This document shows positions 37,001 to 45,861 of a stretch of 64,000 bases of DNA, piece after piece. Position 1 is the stretch's first letter. Every line of letters starts with the position of its first letter. The notes beneath the pieces are model-generated. The model ran no database searches and was not told the origin of the DNA. It saw only the letters and a list, made by a program, of their open reading frames with translations. The position numbers were made by a program, and so were the translations under genes. Source of the DNA: a virus (lineage: Duplodnaviria; Caudoviricetes); the IMG/VR virus record IMGVR_UViG_3300031998_000003, positions 96,001 to 160,000 of that record, one strand, 5' to 3'.

Positions 37001-38015
37001 TGATGGTGTGAGATTCAAGTACATCGATACCATCCCATCCATTTGATGGATCTGCATCTTCTGGGATCAATACATATTCAATCTTTGTAATACGAACGCC
37101 TGTGTTGTAGATATATGCTGATTCTTTGTCCTGACAGTCAATGAAACCGCCGTAGATCAGAATATACCAAGTGCCCGAATATTCTGTGGCAGGAAGATTC
37201 GTTTCGCCATAAGCTCCAGCATAAATGAATGAAGAAGCCTGTCCATTTGTTCCGATTGATACAAGTGGATTTCCGTTACGGTCAACATTATCTGTCATTT
37301 TGACTTCTGGAAGCGTAATCAATTCATTTGATGTGAAATACAACCAGGCTAATTCAGGATACGATACCATGTCTTCCGTCAGGAATACGTCTGTGTCTGT
37401 GAATGTAATCAGCTTCTCAGTGATATCATTCTTCGGAAAATAATACTTTGTTGAACCATCTGATCCAGCAATCAGATCTTCTTCAATGAACGGCTCCTCA
37501 CCACCGTCATAATATTTGAGTTTTGGTGGCGTTGTGGTAACATAGAACGTTGTTGGATATACACCGGTATCATAGTCCCATGGTTCTTCTTCTTCAACAC
37601 CATCACCATATCCGTCATGTATCGCACGTGGTATGACAACTTCAGTTACGTCAGAAAACTCGATCTTGTATTGCCAAGCAGGATTTAACACGTTTGGTTT
37701 CGGTGTACACATCCGCATTCCAGTTTGCAAATATGAATCCATATAGTCAGCTGCTTCAACCCTGAAAAGTGATATCAGTGGTCGACTCATATTTACAAAT
37801 GTGCTTGGTAATTTATACATCTTCAATTTCTTTGATTCAAGGAACAATTCTGAACCGAAGTTTTCAGATGTACCAACATATTGCAGAGCATCTGCATCCG
37901 AATAACCAAATTGTCTGGGTGTATGCAGATTGTAGAATCTCTTTGATAGTTGGAGGAACGCACGAAGTGTATCAGGTGAACCCAAAGGAGAATGTGTAAC
38001 CAAACGATCTGCCAT
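34011..38015 (-). CDS. large virion structural protein (tail/baseplate fibre-like)
   Basis: 1334 aa; GGSGYSIGD; shared ARICDIPTS block. Confidence 0.6.
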   Translation of the reverse strand: MADRLVTHSPLGSPDTLRAFLQLSKRFYNLHTPRQFGYSDADALQYVGTSENFGSELFLESKKLKMYKLPSTFVNMSRPLISLFRVEAADYMDSYLQTGMRMCTPKPNVLNPAWQYKIEFSDVTEVVIPRAIHDGYGDGVEEEEPWDYDTGVYPTTFYVTTTPPKLKYYDGGEEPFIEEDLIAGSDGSTKYYFPKNDITEKLITFTDTDVFLTEDMVSYPELAWLYFTSNELITLPEVKMTDNVDRNGNPLVSIGTNGQASSFIYAGAYGETNLPATEYSGTWYILIYGGFIDCQDKESAYIYNTGVRITKIEYVLIPEDADPSNGWDGIDVLESHTITFDVDDKIIHICLLDVDNIYYQGPYKFQKIKDGVHGYDPNLLNQGYFTYFKFDKSFSTSQLGAILPVLRIKFAEEFFFKREADLNHFVSGVHLDYTTDYSDNSVPKKFGVIHSLGEFDGLPEYFKRYLERTIHRAHVEMYAIRDDANNRNQKPMDKQTAAIILDSAVPQNEIKELTGMGIVITYAAEGSNDSIIQPKYVTNEDAIVSVNNYPSDIRFLSNDRFLDDQICTSEEREECPRFIYHGNGYFSLGYIDFDPVLETGRGYLITNDPAAYINNETSRNPKAERTAARICDIPTSFTQLLSVKGKSPTLLMDSQYIRMGAPVMLNRAIVAEDVQGEKHIIIENDIHRLWNVNPSLRFTGLEGYTPYVQNLIVNRNPDVNRLKQMPFSSLSDVRGNNGGFLWKHKDFQVFKVPSSEIMRVAKQAPMPYNASCKYYLDNGGSGYSIGDKIGFNIGGVYLKIDVIDVNDGKITDYQFHMDTKYPGMNYDDYGTLTDVIPDIPLSNFDGQTTTFTTHTISGSGSGATFTFVLSDTIMSHYKPPQYDWQYGRMPYNPESQPPYADVLREGQYAISCDSWSNSVHINEVKSEITDENDVWDVDHRIQLTGFMGEMNPVYDDSDTAYKRKAFSSMMYHMLSDGKFVNVDMMDVVNHPAKYVKMTYRTIDYDPSAGFTYEGLRQGVDFSKLVSNQGLNQFGAFFGLVEKQDGVSIDSTKAYLLSYKFALDMLDTSKFPSYTNLNVSSFNIYTASLLMSQQYRFPFMYDIHSRSNHQYTDFGGFITRDYGSDLNFSDMISVIDDYPSDANLLYGAQFMNYPMYRITQIPRIIDPTAPYHITDVEQISEIDITDIQILQYFINTAYTSGQLVYHDDDPEVYRVSEPFTSTTFESDVASGKLVYYSNRDNVSGHNYNELNKNTEYGGFIPLKDTYDDTAHVGMESYENNPLYVFRIDNAAFNYNTLDGFRMYDGTMDISEMTLLIINGRQYVFRDNKWEWNYHT

Positions 38016-38128
38016 ATTTCCTCATCTCCTCTTTTTTAATTTTGCATATAGGTATTATTTTTTCGGCGGGGATAGAAACACTTTATTACTATCCATTACA
38101 TCATGCCAAAAGAAAGGAATGATTTAAG

Positions 38129-39769
38129 TTGACTGAGTACGTGATCAAAAACATCAAGAATCCTCTTTCGGGGATAAAGGTAAACCTCGGTACCGATCAG
38201 CCGTTGCATATCTATGCAAAGAAGGGCATTCAGGATATCGAAGTTTTGAACATCTTAGGGTTGTATCGTTGCGACAACACGCCTGCACCATATATTCATG
38301 TCATCAACTGGAAATGGAATCCGCACCCGCGAGCTGAAGAAATTCAGTATCGCCGGCGTGAAACCGGCGACAAATTATCAACAAAAATTATTGGTGATAC
38401 GCGTATCGGTATTCTGGAATTCGATATTCTTTGTGGTAGCCGTGACAAGAATAGGTGTATCATTTCCGAGGTCGTTCACAATAAGTTGTATGTTCCGATT
38501 GCAGATGAGCATGGAAACTACCTGATCGAAAACAAACTGTATTCGGAATATCAAATGGTTGATAAACTCCTTTATCCGTCTGGTAAAGATGCTTTCACTG
38601 TTAAATCACTCCTTCCTGTTGTGATTCAATATGATGATTCCACAGAGACGTCAGTGGATGGTTATGTCATTCAGGCTAAAATCGGTATGGTGAAAATTTT
38701 CACAACGATGGAACCGATTTTGGCATGCTTTATGCACATTCCTTCACCGCTGATATACCTCGGCGTGTACCCAATCTTACAGTTCAGTGACCATATCATC
38801 CAGGCAGAAAAGGACCGTTATGAGTATTTCCAGCCCATCGAAGGGCGTGAAATTTACATCAAAGCATACCGTAAGGGTCTTGAACAATTCCGGTTTGTTC
38901 GGTCAATTGTTGTCATGGCAATGTCACTGATCCGAAAGTATTCTCCGGAAGATATTGATCAGCTTCGTAATCCGGCATGGTGGATTTACCAGTTGTCATA
39001 CTATGATAATATCATTGAGCATCGTGGTGCATGTTATGAAATGCATGTTGCCAGAATGCTTGATACGATTTCGGCGAATATTCTTCCGATTTATGAAATC
39101 GACAAATATACAATGATCGCACTGTTGAGATACGTCCTTCAGACAGACTTTGAAAACGTGAACATCTACTCATATGAGAATAAACGTCTTCGCCTGAATG
39201 AGGTTATCTCAACAATCGTGACAGCTGATGTATCCAGTAAGCTGAAGAGAATGTTCCGTTATGGAAAGCTTCTGAAAATGTCAGATCAGCAACCGTCTGT
39301 GAAGTTCCGTCCCGAAATGATTCTGAAGAATCTGTACAAGACTGGAACGATCCATGTGACTGATTTTACGAATGATCTTGATTATCCACAACAGCTACGC
39401 TGGACTAAGAAAGGGCCGAATTCGCTTGGTCGTGTGGATACACACAAGATCAACTTCATGCATCGTCAACTGCATCCGTCTGTTATCGGAAAGATTGATC
39501 TATTGGATTCATCCAAGGATGTTGGTCAATCCGGCATGATTTCTCCTTGGGCAGATGTATCGACAATCTATAATATCAATGAAGCCGATCTCAGTAAATA
39601 CACGAACATCCGTTATGATCTGTTTGATTTCATTCGTAAAGAGTTCCCAGAGCCTGATTTGATTTTCAATGTACATTCTGCAAAGGAATATAATCAGTTG
39701 CTCGACAGACTTGTTATTAGCACATATATGCGGCTTGACTTTGGTCATCATGATACGTCGGAGGCATAA
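38129..39769 (+). CDS. multisubunit phage RNA polymerase beta subunit, N-terminal half (probably non-virion RNAP)
   Basis: LYVP..DEHGNYLIEN; YENKRLRL.E; KGPNSLG; RQLHPSVIGKIDL...S..DVGQSGMISP; size similar to phiKZ gp123-type subunits. Confidence 0.8.
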   Translation: MTEYVIKNIKNPLSGIKVNLGTDQPLHIYAKKGIQDIEVLNILGLYRCDNTPAPYIHVINWKWNPHPRAEEIQYRRRETGDKLSTKIIGDTRIGILEFDILCGSRDKNRCIISEVVHNKLYVPIADEHGNYLIENKLYSEYQMVDKLLYPSGKDAFTVKSLLPVVIQYDDSTETSVDGYVIQAKIGMVKIFTTMEPILACFMHIPSPLIYLGVYPILQFSDHIIQAEKDRYEYFQPIEGREIYIKAYRKGLEQFRFVRSIVVMAMSLIRKYSPEDIDQLRNPAWWIYQLSYYDNIIEHRGACYEMHVARMLDTISANILPIYEIDKYTMIALLRYVLQTDFENVNIYSYENKRLRLNEVISTIVTADVSSKLKRMFRYGKLLKMSDQQPSVKFRPEMILKNLYKTGTIHVTDFTNDLDYPQQLRWTKKGPNSLGRVDTHKINFMHRQLHPSVIGKIDLLDSSKDVGQSGMISPWADVSTIYNINEADLSKYTNIRYDLFDFIRKEFPEPDLIFNVHSAKEYNQLLDRLVISTYMRLDFGHHDTSEA

Positions 39770-39772
39770 TGA

Positions 39773-40318
39773 ATGAAGATAAATTATTCACTCTTTCGAG
39801 GGAGTGTTAACAAGAATCTGAGTATACTATATGTATATCGATTCGAACCCGCCGGTGATTTTGCCACAATAAAAGAACGTCCAAATGGCAGTGTTTCAAT
39901 CTATCCAGCATTCGGCATATCTGTATCAAATGGATATGAGCGTGACAGTGTCTACATCACGTCAAGTCAGTACTTTGCTTTCACATCATTGCTTGAGAAA
40001 AGCGTTAAGTTGATTTCTGAACATTTGTATGAGTTGTTTCCAAATGTTGATCGTGCTGAATTTGAAATCGACGGAAAAATGCTTGACCGTTTTCAGACAG
40101 AAAAAGCGGTTTCGAGTGATGGAATCACAATGATCCCTGCAGTATGGGTAAACTCTGAAACAAACCAATGTCATCCCGGATTGAAGATAGAGACTTTGAA
40201 ATACGGCAGCATTTGTATCCCGTTACAGGATGCTATTCCGGCAGCAAAGATGTTTGAAACATTTGATCCACATTTGTTTGGCGTTTCAATGCTGCGGGTG
40301 TGTGGAAGAATTCAATAA
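39773..40318 (+). CDS. hypothetical protein downstream of the RNAP subunit
   Basis: GGAGG RBS, same operon. Confidence 0.7.
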   Translation: MKINYSLFRGSVNKNLSILYVYRFEPAGDFATIKERPNGSVSIYPAFGISVSNGYERDSVYITSSQYFAFTSLLEKSVKLISEHLYELFPNVDRAEFEIDGKMLDRFQTEKAVSSDGITMIPAVWVNSETNQCHPGLKIETLKYGSICIPLQDAIPAAKMFETFDPHLFGVSMLRVCGRIQ

Positions 40319-40324
40319 TGGAAA

Positions 40325-40357
40325 TATGGAGGCGCATGTGCGCCTCCATATTTTTTC
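40325..40357 (+). terminator. intrinsic terminator
   Basis: ATATGGAGGCGC-ATGT-GCGCCTCCATAT followed by a T run. Confidence 0.8.
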
Positions 40358-40372
40358 TATTATTTTAAATCT

Positions 40373-40399
40373 CTATCTATATATTATTAATGTGAATAA
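40373..40399 (+). promoter_or_regulatory. phage promoter motif, identical 27-mer to 60793-60819(-)
   Basis: CTATCTATATATTATTAATGTGAATAA. Confidence 0.7.
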
Positions 40400-40465
40400 G
40401 GAATAAGCATCACCCCTGTTGAAACTTATTCCGGGTAGTAAATTTTCTATGCCGCCCTGACATCG

Positions 40466-40504
40466 ATGGTTCCTGTAGCCGATAAGTACAGGAGAAAACG
40501 GAGG
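40466..40504 (+). promoter_or_regulatory. conserved 5-prime leader hairpin abutting the SD (copy 2)
   Basis: TCCTGTA-GCCGATAAG-TACAGGA-GAAAACGGAGG. Confidence 0.7.
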
Positions 40505-40509
40505 CTATT

Positions 40510-40731
40510 ATGAAAAACACAACATCTACAATCACGAGAGCTGAGAAAAAGTTCCAGAGAGCTCTTGCAAGAGCTGAGAGAGCTGAAGCTCGTTATGAGC
40601 GCAGAATCGAGCGCAAAGCTGAAAGAGCTGTGGCGAAAGCTGAGAGAGCATACCAGCGACTCGCCAAGAAAGCTTTCAAGGAATCCGAGACCATTGAGGA
40701 TTATGCAACGATCCTCCTTCAGAATTTCTGA
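40510..40731 (+). CDS. small basic helical (R/A/E/K-rich) protein
   Basis: GGAGG RBS; RAE repeats. Confidence 0.75.
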   Translation: MKNTTSTITRAEKKFQRALARAERAEARYERRIERKAERAVAKAERAYQRLAKKAFKESETIEDYATILLQNF

Positions 40732-40778
40732 AGCCTGAACTATTCTGTACGACTAATCATAATGAGGAGGTTATTACA

Positions 40779-41012
40779 ATGATGAACAATGCTAACGAGC
40801 TGCTGCTTGAGCTCAAAGACACATGCCCTGTCAACACCACTAATACCGCTGATAAAAAAGAGGATCGCGCAGCAAAAAGATATCAGCGTGCAAAAACACG
40901 GGCACTCAACAAAGTTGCTCGCAAAGAGCGGCGTGCTAACAGAAAAATTGCGCGGGTTGAAGCTCGATACGAAAAACAGCTTCAGCGCACGCTGGAGAAA
41001 TTTGCGAGCTGA
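40779..41012 (+). CDS. small basic helical protein, likely paralog of the previous gene
   Basis: GAGGAGG RBS; RAAKRYQRA...EARYEK. Confidence 0.75.
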   Translation: MMNNANELLLELKDTCPVNTTNTADKKEDRAAKRYQRAKTRALNKVARKERRANRKIARVEARYEKQLQRTLEKFAS

Positions 41013-41022
41013 ATGATGCTAA

Positions 41023-41066
41023 AAGAAGGGTGGCCAACACGGCCACCCTTCTTTCTTCTTTTTTTT
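41023..41066. terminator. terminator between convergent genes
   Basis: AAGAAGGGTGGCC-AACAC-GGCCACCCTTCTT followed by a T run. Confidence 0.8.
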
Positions 41067-42754
41067 TACATTAATTCGGTTCCGAGGAATCTGTTGGCAA
41101 CACGATAGAAATCGGATGTAACTGCGTCACCGATATTCTTCAACAGGTTCTTGCCGGATGACGCTGCCAGGATACGTTTTGTCATCAATCTCATAGATGC
41201 ATTTGGTTTATATTTATCAACACCACAGCACTGTGCGATATAATCAAACATCGTATGATTATTCAGCATCAGTGATGGTTTGTCCATAGGTGTTGTAACC
41301 ATAACATGCATTAGATCCTTAACTGATATCTGAACATCAACAGACATAGGATACCCATAAACAGAAATATCATTTCCATCAACGTTCTTTGTGATTGACA
41401 GAGAATCAACGATACCAAGGCGTGTTCCCCATAAACCAGGAACGTTACATTGTACAAGTGGTGGATATGTATATGCTGCACCGGAGTTCTTCGACATCTG
41501 TGGCAATGCCAATCCGAGAGCAAAGAACATCGGTACAAGTATCTCGGTAAAGTATGAATAAGGATCTCCCCCGGATGCACGAAGCTTCACGGTGAATGAT
41601 AATGACGAACTGTTCGATTGGTGATCAGAGAATATCTCTGGATAGATCGTGTGGTCACCAATAAAAGAACGTGACATACTAGATGCAACAGCTGCTGTGA
41701 AGCGACCAATACCACCAGTCAAAGCTGTCATAACTTTTTCGGCAGCATTGATCGCATCTCCAGCAATGTTTACAACCAGGTCGTCAACTTGATTTTGAGA
41801 TGAGGATGTGATGAACGCAATTTCTTTACCAATTGCATCGCCTGCATTAATAACGGATGAATATATCTGTGATTGTGTCGTATTGTTTGTGTAGCTCTCC
41901 GTCACACTCTTAGGATCCGTCATGAATGTAACATAGTTATCTGTCTCACCGTTCTGTTCGACTTTTTCGTTTGACATTGCAGAATCTGTTGTGATCCATT
42001 TGTATTTGTTCCAAATGTCATATTCATTGATCTTCGGATATGTATCACCGATTCGGACAGATGCGTTTGTGAGACCGAGCATAACTGCCGCAGCACTACA
42101 CATCATTGTGACATTATTGATATAAGAATGCCAGTCACTTTCAAATGTGTAGAATGGTTGCTGAACAGATAATGATGTCAAGAGATACGCTGATATATCC
42201 CCAAGCATACTCGTATAATTCTTCAAACTATCGTCTTTCAGAACAAGTGTATCAGGATCGATATCAGCGAAGTCAGTTCCCATTGTAGATGCTTTTGCAG
42301 TTTCATATTTACCATCATCATTTGTCAAAGCTTCTTCATAAGCTTTCATAAGTGCTGCAGTGTTTGCCTGTGTTGCAGCATTTCCTCCAGTACCAACTGA
42401 TGAGTCACCGTATTTACTCATTGCAGTTGTATATTGCATGACAACACGGATTGCATTCCACAATGATGACATACCACCGGTAAACATTGCATGGCCAACA
42501 CAAAAGTTTACGACCTGTGCATCACGAAGAACGTGTCGTAAATAAAAGTCACCAACGGCACCATCACCGCCTTTTATGTCAGATTCACTTTTGTCCGAGA
42601 TCCATCTCATATCATTCAATGTTGTCAATTGAGGTGGTGAACCAAACAACCTTGGTGAGTAGGTTGATAGCAGGGGACTGCGCTGTGAAATATCATTCGT
42701 GCTTCCATCATCAGAAGTTTTTTCTGAAATACCTGGAATCAGATAACTGCTCAT
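41066..42754 (-). CDS. virion structural protein (baseplate hub/tail tube initiator-like)
   Basis: C-terminal YTYPPLV...GIVDSLSITK...GYPMSVDVQISVKDL resembles the tube-fold family; weak. Confidence 0.5.
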   Translation of the reverse strand: MSSYLIPGISEKTSDDGSTNDISQRSPLLSTYSPRLFGSPPQLTTLNDMRWISDKSESDIKGGDGAVGDFYLRHVLRDAQVVNFCVGHAMFTGGMSSLWNAIRVVMQYTTAMSKYGDSSVGTGGNAATQANTAALMKAYEEALTNDDGKYETAKASTMGTDFADIDPDTLVLKDDSLKNYTSMLGDISAYLLTSLSVQQPFYTFESDWHSYINNVTMMCSAAAVMLGLTNASVRIGDTYPKINEYDIWNKYKWITTDSAMSNEKVEQNGETDNYVTFMTDPKSVTESYTNNTTQSQIYSSVINAGDAIGKEIAFITSSSQNQVDDLVVNIAGDAINAAEKVMTALTGGIGRFTAAVASSMSRSFIGDHTIYPEIFSDHQSNSSSLSFTVKLRASGGDPYSYFTEILVPMFFALGLALPQMSKNSGAAYTYPPLVQCNVPGLWGTRLGIVDSLSITKNVDGNDISVYGYPMSVDVQISVKDLMHVMVTTPMDKPSLMLNNHTMFDYIAQCCGVDKYKPNASMRLMTKRILAASSGKNLLKNIGDAVTSDFYRVANRFLGTELM

Positions 42755-42807
42755 TAGTATCCCTCCTTAAGGATTGTATTAATTTTGGGTATGAAAGGAT
42801 GTTACAT

Positions 42808-43575
42808 ATGAAAGTTAAAGACATTATTCCTCCAAGTCGTTCAGAAGAAACCATGCTTGCTACAATGTTGATGCAGCAACATCGATTCAATGATCCGTTG
42901 TTTGAATCAATTGCGTTCAAAATCACTGTCGAGATTGATCATCCATCATATGCATTTCATCGGTTATACTGGGAAACCTGTTGTACAAAAACGGACTTTG
43001 CTGATGCACCACTGAGCGTCGATGGTAAGATTCTCGTAATGCGGTGTTCGTTATCTGAGTGCATCCAGCTGATTCAGAAATGCACACCACCGCGTTTCCA
43101 AACGAGACTGACTCAAGAGATGGTGACGATCGAAGATGTCACTGATCTTCTGAAGATGTATTTGACGGATCCGCAGACAGGATATCTGGAATATTATAAT
43201 AGTATCTTCAGTAAAGTGATGCATCTTGAGTATACCGATACCGGATTCAGACCAAACCTAGAAAAGATATCAGTGATGATGCATTATCACAAACATGACA
43301 ACGAATTCACATTAATTGTTGATGCATCAACTGTGTCTCTTGACGAGATTATGACACATAGCGTTATCGATCATGGTGCAATCCAACTTACATTGCAAGC
43401 ATACCATGAGAAAGAATGTGTCGATATGTATCATTTTATTGCAAAAACACCTCTGTTGATTGATAAGGTTTATACTGACACAAAATACGGTATTTGTGTT
43501 AGCTGTTATGCGACTGAAATCACTGAAGAAATGATCAGAAAGATCAGAGCTTGTTACAAGCCGATCATGAAATAA
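42808..43575 (+). CDS. hypothetical protein
   Basis: AAAGGA RBS before MKVKDII. Confidence 0.65.
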   Translation: MKVKDIIPPSRSEETMLATMLMQQHRFNDPLFESIAFKITVEIDHPSYAFHRLYWETCCTKTDFADAPLSVDGKILVMRCSLSECIQLIQKCTPPRFQTRLTQEMVTIEDVTDLLKMYLTDPQTGYLEYYNSIFSKVMHLEYTDTGFRPNLEKISVMMHYHKHDNEFTLIVDASTVSLDEIMTHSVIDHGAIQLTLQAYHEKECVDMYHFIAKTPLLIDKVYTDTKYGICVSCYATEITEEMIRKIRACYKPIMK

Positions 43576-43706
43576 AATATAAGGTGGGGGATTATCCCCC
43601 ACCGAATTTATTTTTTCTTGAAACACATATATGATTAACTTGAAATGGGGAGATCATAATCCGCAGATCTTACTATTTTAATATCCATGAAAGGAGATAT
43701 GCTGTT

Positions 43707-44237
43707 ATGACATTAACAACGTTAGGTTTCGTCGTTGGTATTGCTGGTTCGCTGTTGGCCGCATTCTTTGCGTTCATCAATCGTTTCGGTATGAATCAGC
43801 CGAGATACATGATCCCGATGCAGGGTCAGTATCAGACCACATATCAGTACGAAGCACCGGCATGGGGTGTCCCGGCTTATAATCAGCCTATGTACAATCA
43901 ACCCATGTACAACCAGCCGGTATACAATCAGCCGATGCCGCAGCAGATGCCTGTTCAGGCTCCTGTTGCAGATCCTGTTATGCAGAACACCATTAGCCCT
44001 TGGGCAAGAATGGCATATGTTACTGCACTTGCTAATGCACCCATCGTCAATAGCCAGACATATTCGAATGCTCCGGTTTATTCGACTAATAACATGGGTT
44101 GCAGCATGGGTGGTCCCAAGTGGGATCCGCCTATGATCAACTATTTCGGAGTGGGGAATGATATCAGACCTAGTCCGACGGGTAGTCCGCCAGGGTGGAA
44201 ACCACCGCAGTTTGTTCCACCCAGTGCATATTGGTGA
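43707..44237 (+). CDS. membrane-anchored P/Q/Y/N-rich low-complexity protein
   Basis: N-terminal TM helix; (YNQP[M/V])x4. Confidence 0.7.
   Translation: MTLTTLGFVVGIAGSLLAAFFAFINRFGMNQPRYMIPMQGQYQTTYQYEAPAWGVPAYNQPMYNQPMYNQPVYNQPMPQQMPVQAPVADPVMQNTISPWARMAYVTALANAPIVNSQTYSNAPVYSTNNMGCSMGGPKWDPPMINYFGVGNDIRPSPTGSPPGWKPPQFVPPSAYW
43878..43937 (+). repeat. 15-bp coding tandem repeat x4 (YNQP[M/V])
   Basis: TATAATCAGCCTATG TACAATCAACCCATG TACAACCAGCCGGTA TACAATCAGCCGATG. Confidence 0.85.
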
Positions 44238-44296
44238 TATAATTACATCACCGAAATACCATTAAATACCATATTAATTAAGGAGGAACACGAACC

Positions 44297-44725
44297 ATGG
44301 CACAGCCCAATGATCTTGTGGAAGCCGTATTTACCGGACAGAAGCTCGGTAACGCCATGACAAATGGTGCAATCGATCTGATCAACAGTGTCTCGAATTC
44401 GATTTCCAATGTGCAGAATCAGCTTGCAAATCCTGGTGCTCCTGTGATGCAACCCCAACCTGAATTCGATCAGTTCAGTAGACGTAACTGGGGTGGTGGT
44501 GGATTTAATCCGCAACCTCAGCCGCAGCCGGGAATGCCGATGATGCAGCCTCAACAGAACACATATACGCCCGCCACGTATGTGTGGGGTACCCCGAATC
44601 AGGGTCACGGCGTTTCATCGTCTGATTATCCTGGAATCTCGAATCCCTCATATGGGAAAACTGGATATGTCGGTGCAACATTCCAGAATTTCGGGAATAG
44701 CAGTTCTCCGTGGGGTACATGGTAA
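44297..44725 (+). CDS. Q/P/G/N-rich low-complexity protein
   Basis: AAGGAGG RBS; composition. Confidence 0.7.
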   Translation: MAQPNDLVEAVFTGQKLGNAMTNGAIDLINSVSNSISNVQNQLANPGAPVMQPQPEFDQFSRRNWGGGGFNPQPQPQPGMPMMQPQQNTYTPATYVWGTPNQGHGVSSSDYPGISNPSYGKTGYVGATFQNFGNSSSPWGTW

Positions 44726-45096
44726 TGACCTTTATTGAGTTCTGCGAAAAGTTAACCATTCAATTGGAGATCACACTTCCGGATGCACCGACCGGAAGTG
44801 ATCTCGCTCCTGAGCTGGAGAGTCGTGTTAATGGCTTGGTTGCGTCGATTCGTAATCAGAAGAATCGTCTCGACAGAGTACCGCTCGCATTTGTTCAGCA
44901 TGCGCTTGAAGATACGGATATTGTCAGCAGTTGTCTTGAACAATTTGATGACGGTAATATCCCGGATGCTTTGTTCGAAACGCTTGCGATGAAGTTGTAC
45001 GAAACCAAGTTCAACGATCTCGATATACAGCATCAGAATATAATTGAAATCCTGTCAGTGTACATTATCGTATCCACCGTACAGGATTCCAATTAA
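44725..45096 (+). CDS. hypothetical protein
   Basis: TAATG stop/start coupling. Confidence 0.65.
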   Translation: MTFIEFCEKLTIQLEITLPDAPTGSDLAPELESRVNGLVASIRNQKNRLDRVPLAFVQHALEDTDIVSSCLEQFDDGNIPDALFETLAMKLYETKFNDLDIQHQNIIEILSVYIIVSTVQDSN

Positions 45097-45117
45097 ATAA
45101 TCAAGGAGGAACACACA

Positions 45118-45789
45118 ATGAATTTCAAAGGTAATGTCAGCGCAAATGAAGTTCCGGTAAAGTTCTATCGGTTCTCCGCATCGGATGTCGTCAGACATCT
45201 CCAGGATCAGCTCGGTTTCCAGATCAAGGCGGATTTTCGCGTATGGGACAATCGTGCTGAATGGGAAAAGCCCGGCACTGTCGGTAAGTGCTACGTGATC
45301 ATGCGTGCAATCTTCCGTCCTGAGGACGTGACGATTCCGCAGAACGCTGCAACTTATGCCGAGCGTCAGATCATGGCAATGGGTGCAGGTGTCCAGATGC
45401 AGAAGGATGTTATGGATACCCTGAAGCCGTTCATGTTCCCGCAGAATATGCCGAATATCCAGTGGCAGCCGGATGAGCTTGCACGTTTTGCAACAATGGG
45501 TATTCATGGCAATCGTCTGCAGGAGCTGATTAATCGCCCGGGCATTTTCTATGATCGCGAGAATAATCACTACGGCGTCTATCTGCGTCCTGAGCGTATC
45601 CTGAATGATATCTTCATCGATACTGCAACTGGTCAACCGGCAGGTCTTGTTGACATCATCAATGTTCGTGATTCTGAACAGGCTGAGGCTATCCAGTGGG
45701 ATATGCTTCTCTGGACGAACAAGGCTTCTGGCACATCCGGTTATGGTGTTACCATCGACGACGTGTTCGGTCAGCAGATTCCGCAGTAA
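45118..45789 (+). CDS. hypothetical protein
   Basis: AAGGAGG RBS; hairpin downstream. Confidence 0.75.
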   Translation: MNFKGNVSANEVPVKFYRFSASDVVRHLQDQLGFQIKADFRVWDNRAEWEKPGTVGKCYVIMRAIFRPEDVTIPQNAATYAERQIMAMGAGVQMQKDVMDTLKPFMFPQNMPNIQWQPDELARFATMGIHGNRLQELINRPGIFYDRENNHYGVYLRPERILNDIFIDTATGQPAGLVDIINVRDSEQAEAIQWDMLLWTNKASGTSGYGVTIDDVFGQQIPQ

Positions 45790-45861
45790 TAAAATCCCAG
45801 TGATAAGTGAGTGGCGGGTTAAACCCGCCACTTGCTTTATCATTATGAAAGGAGGGAGAGT

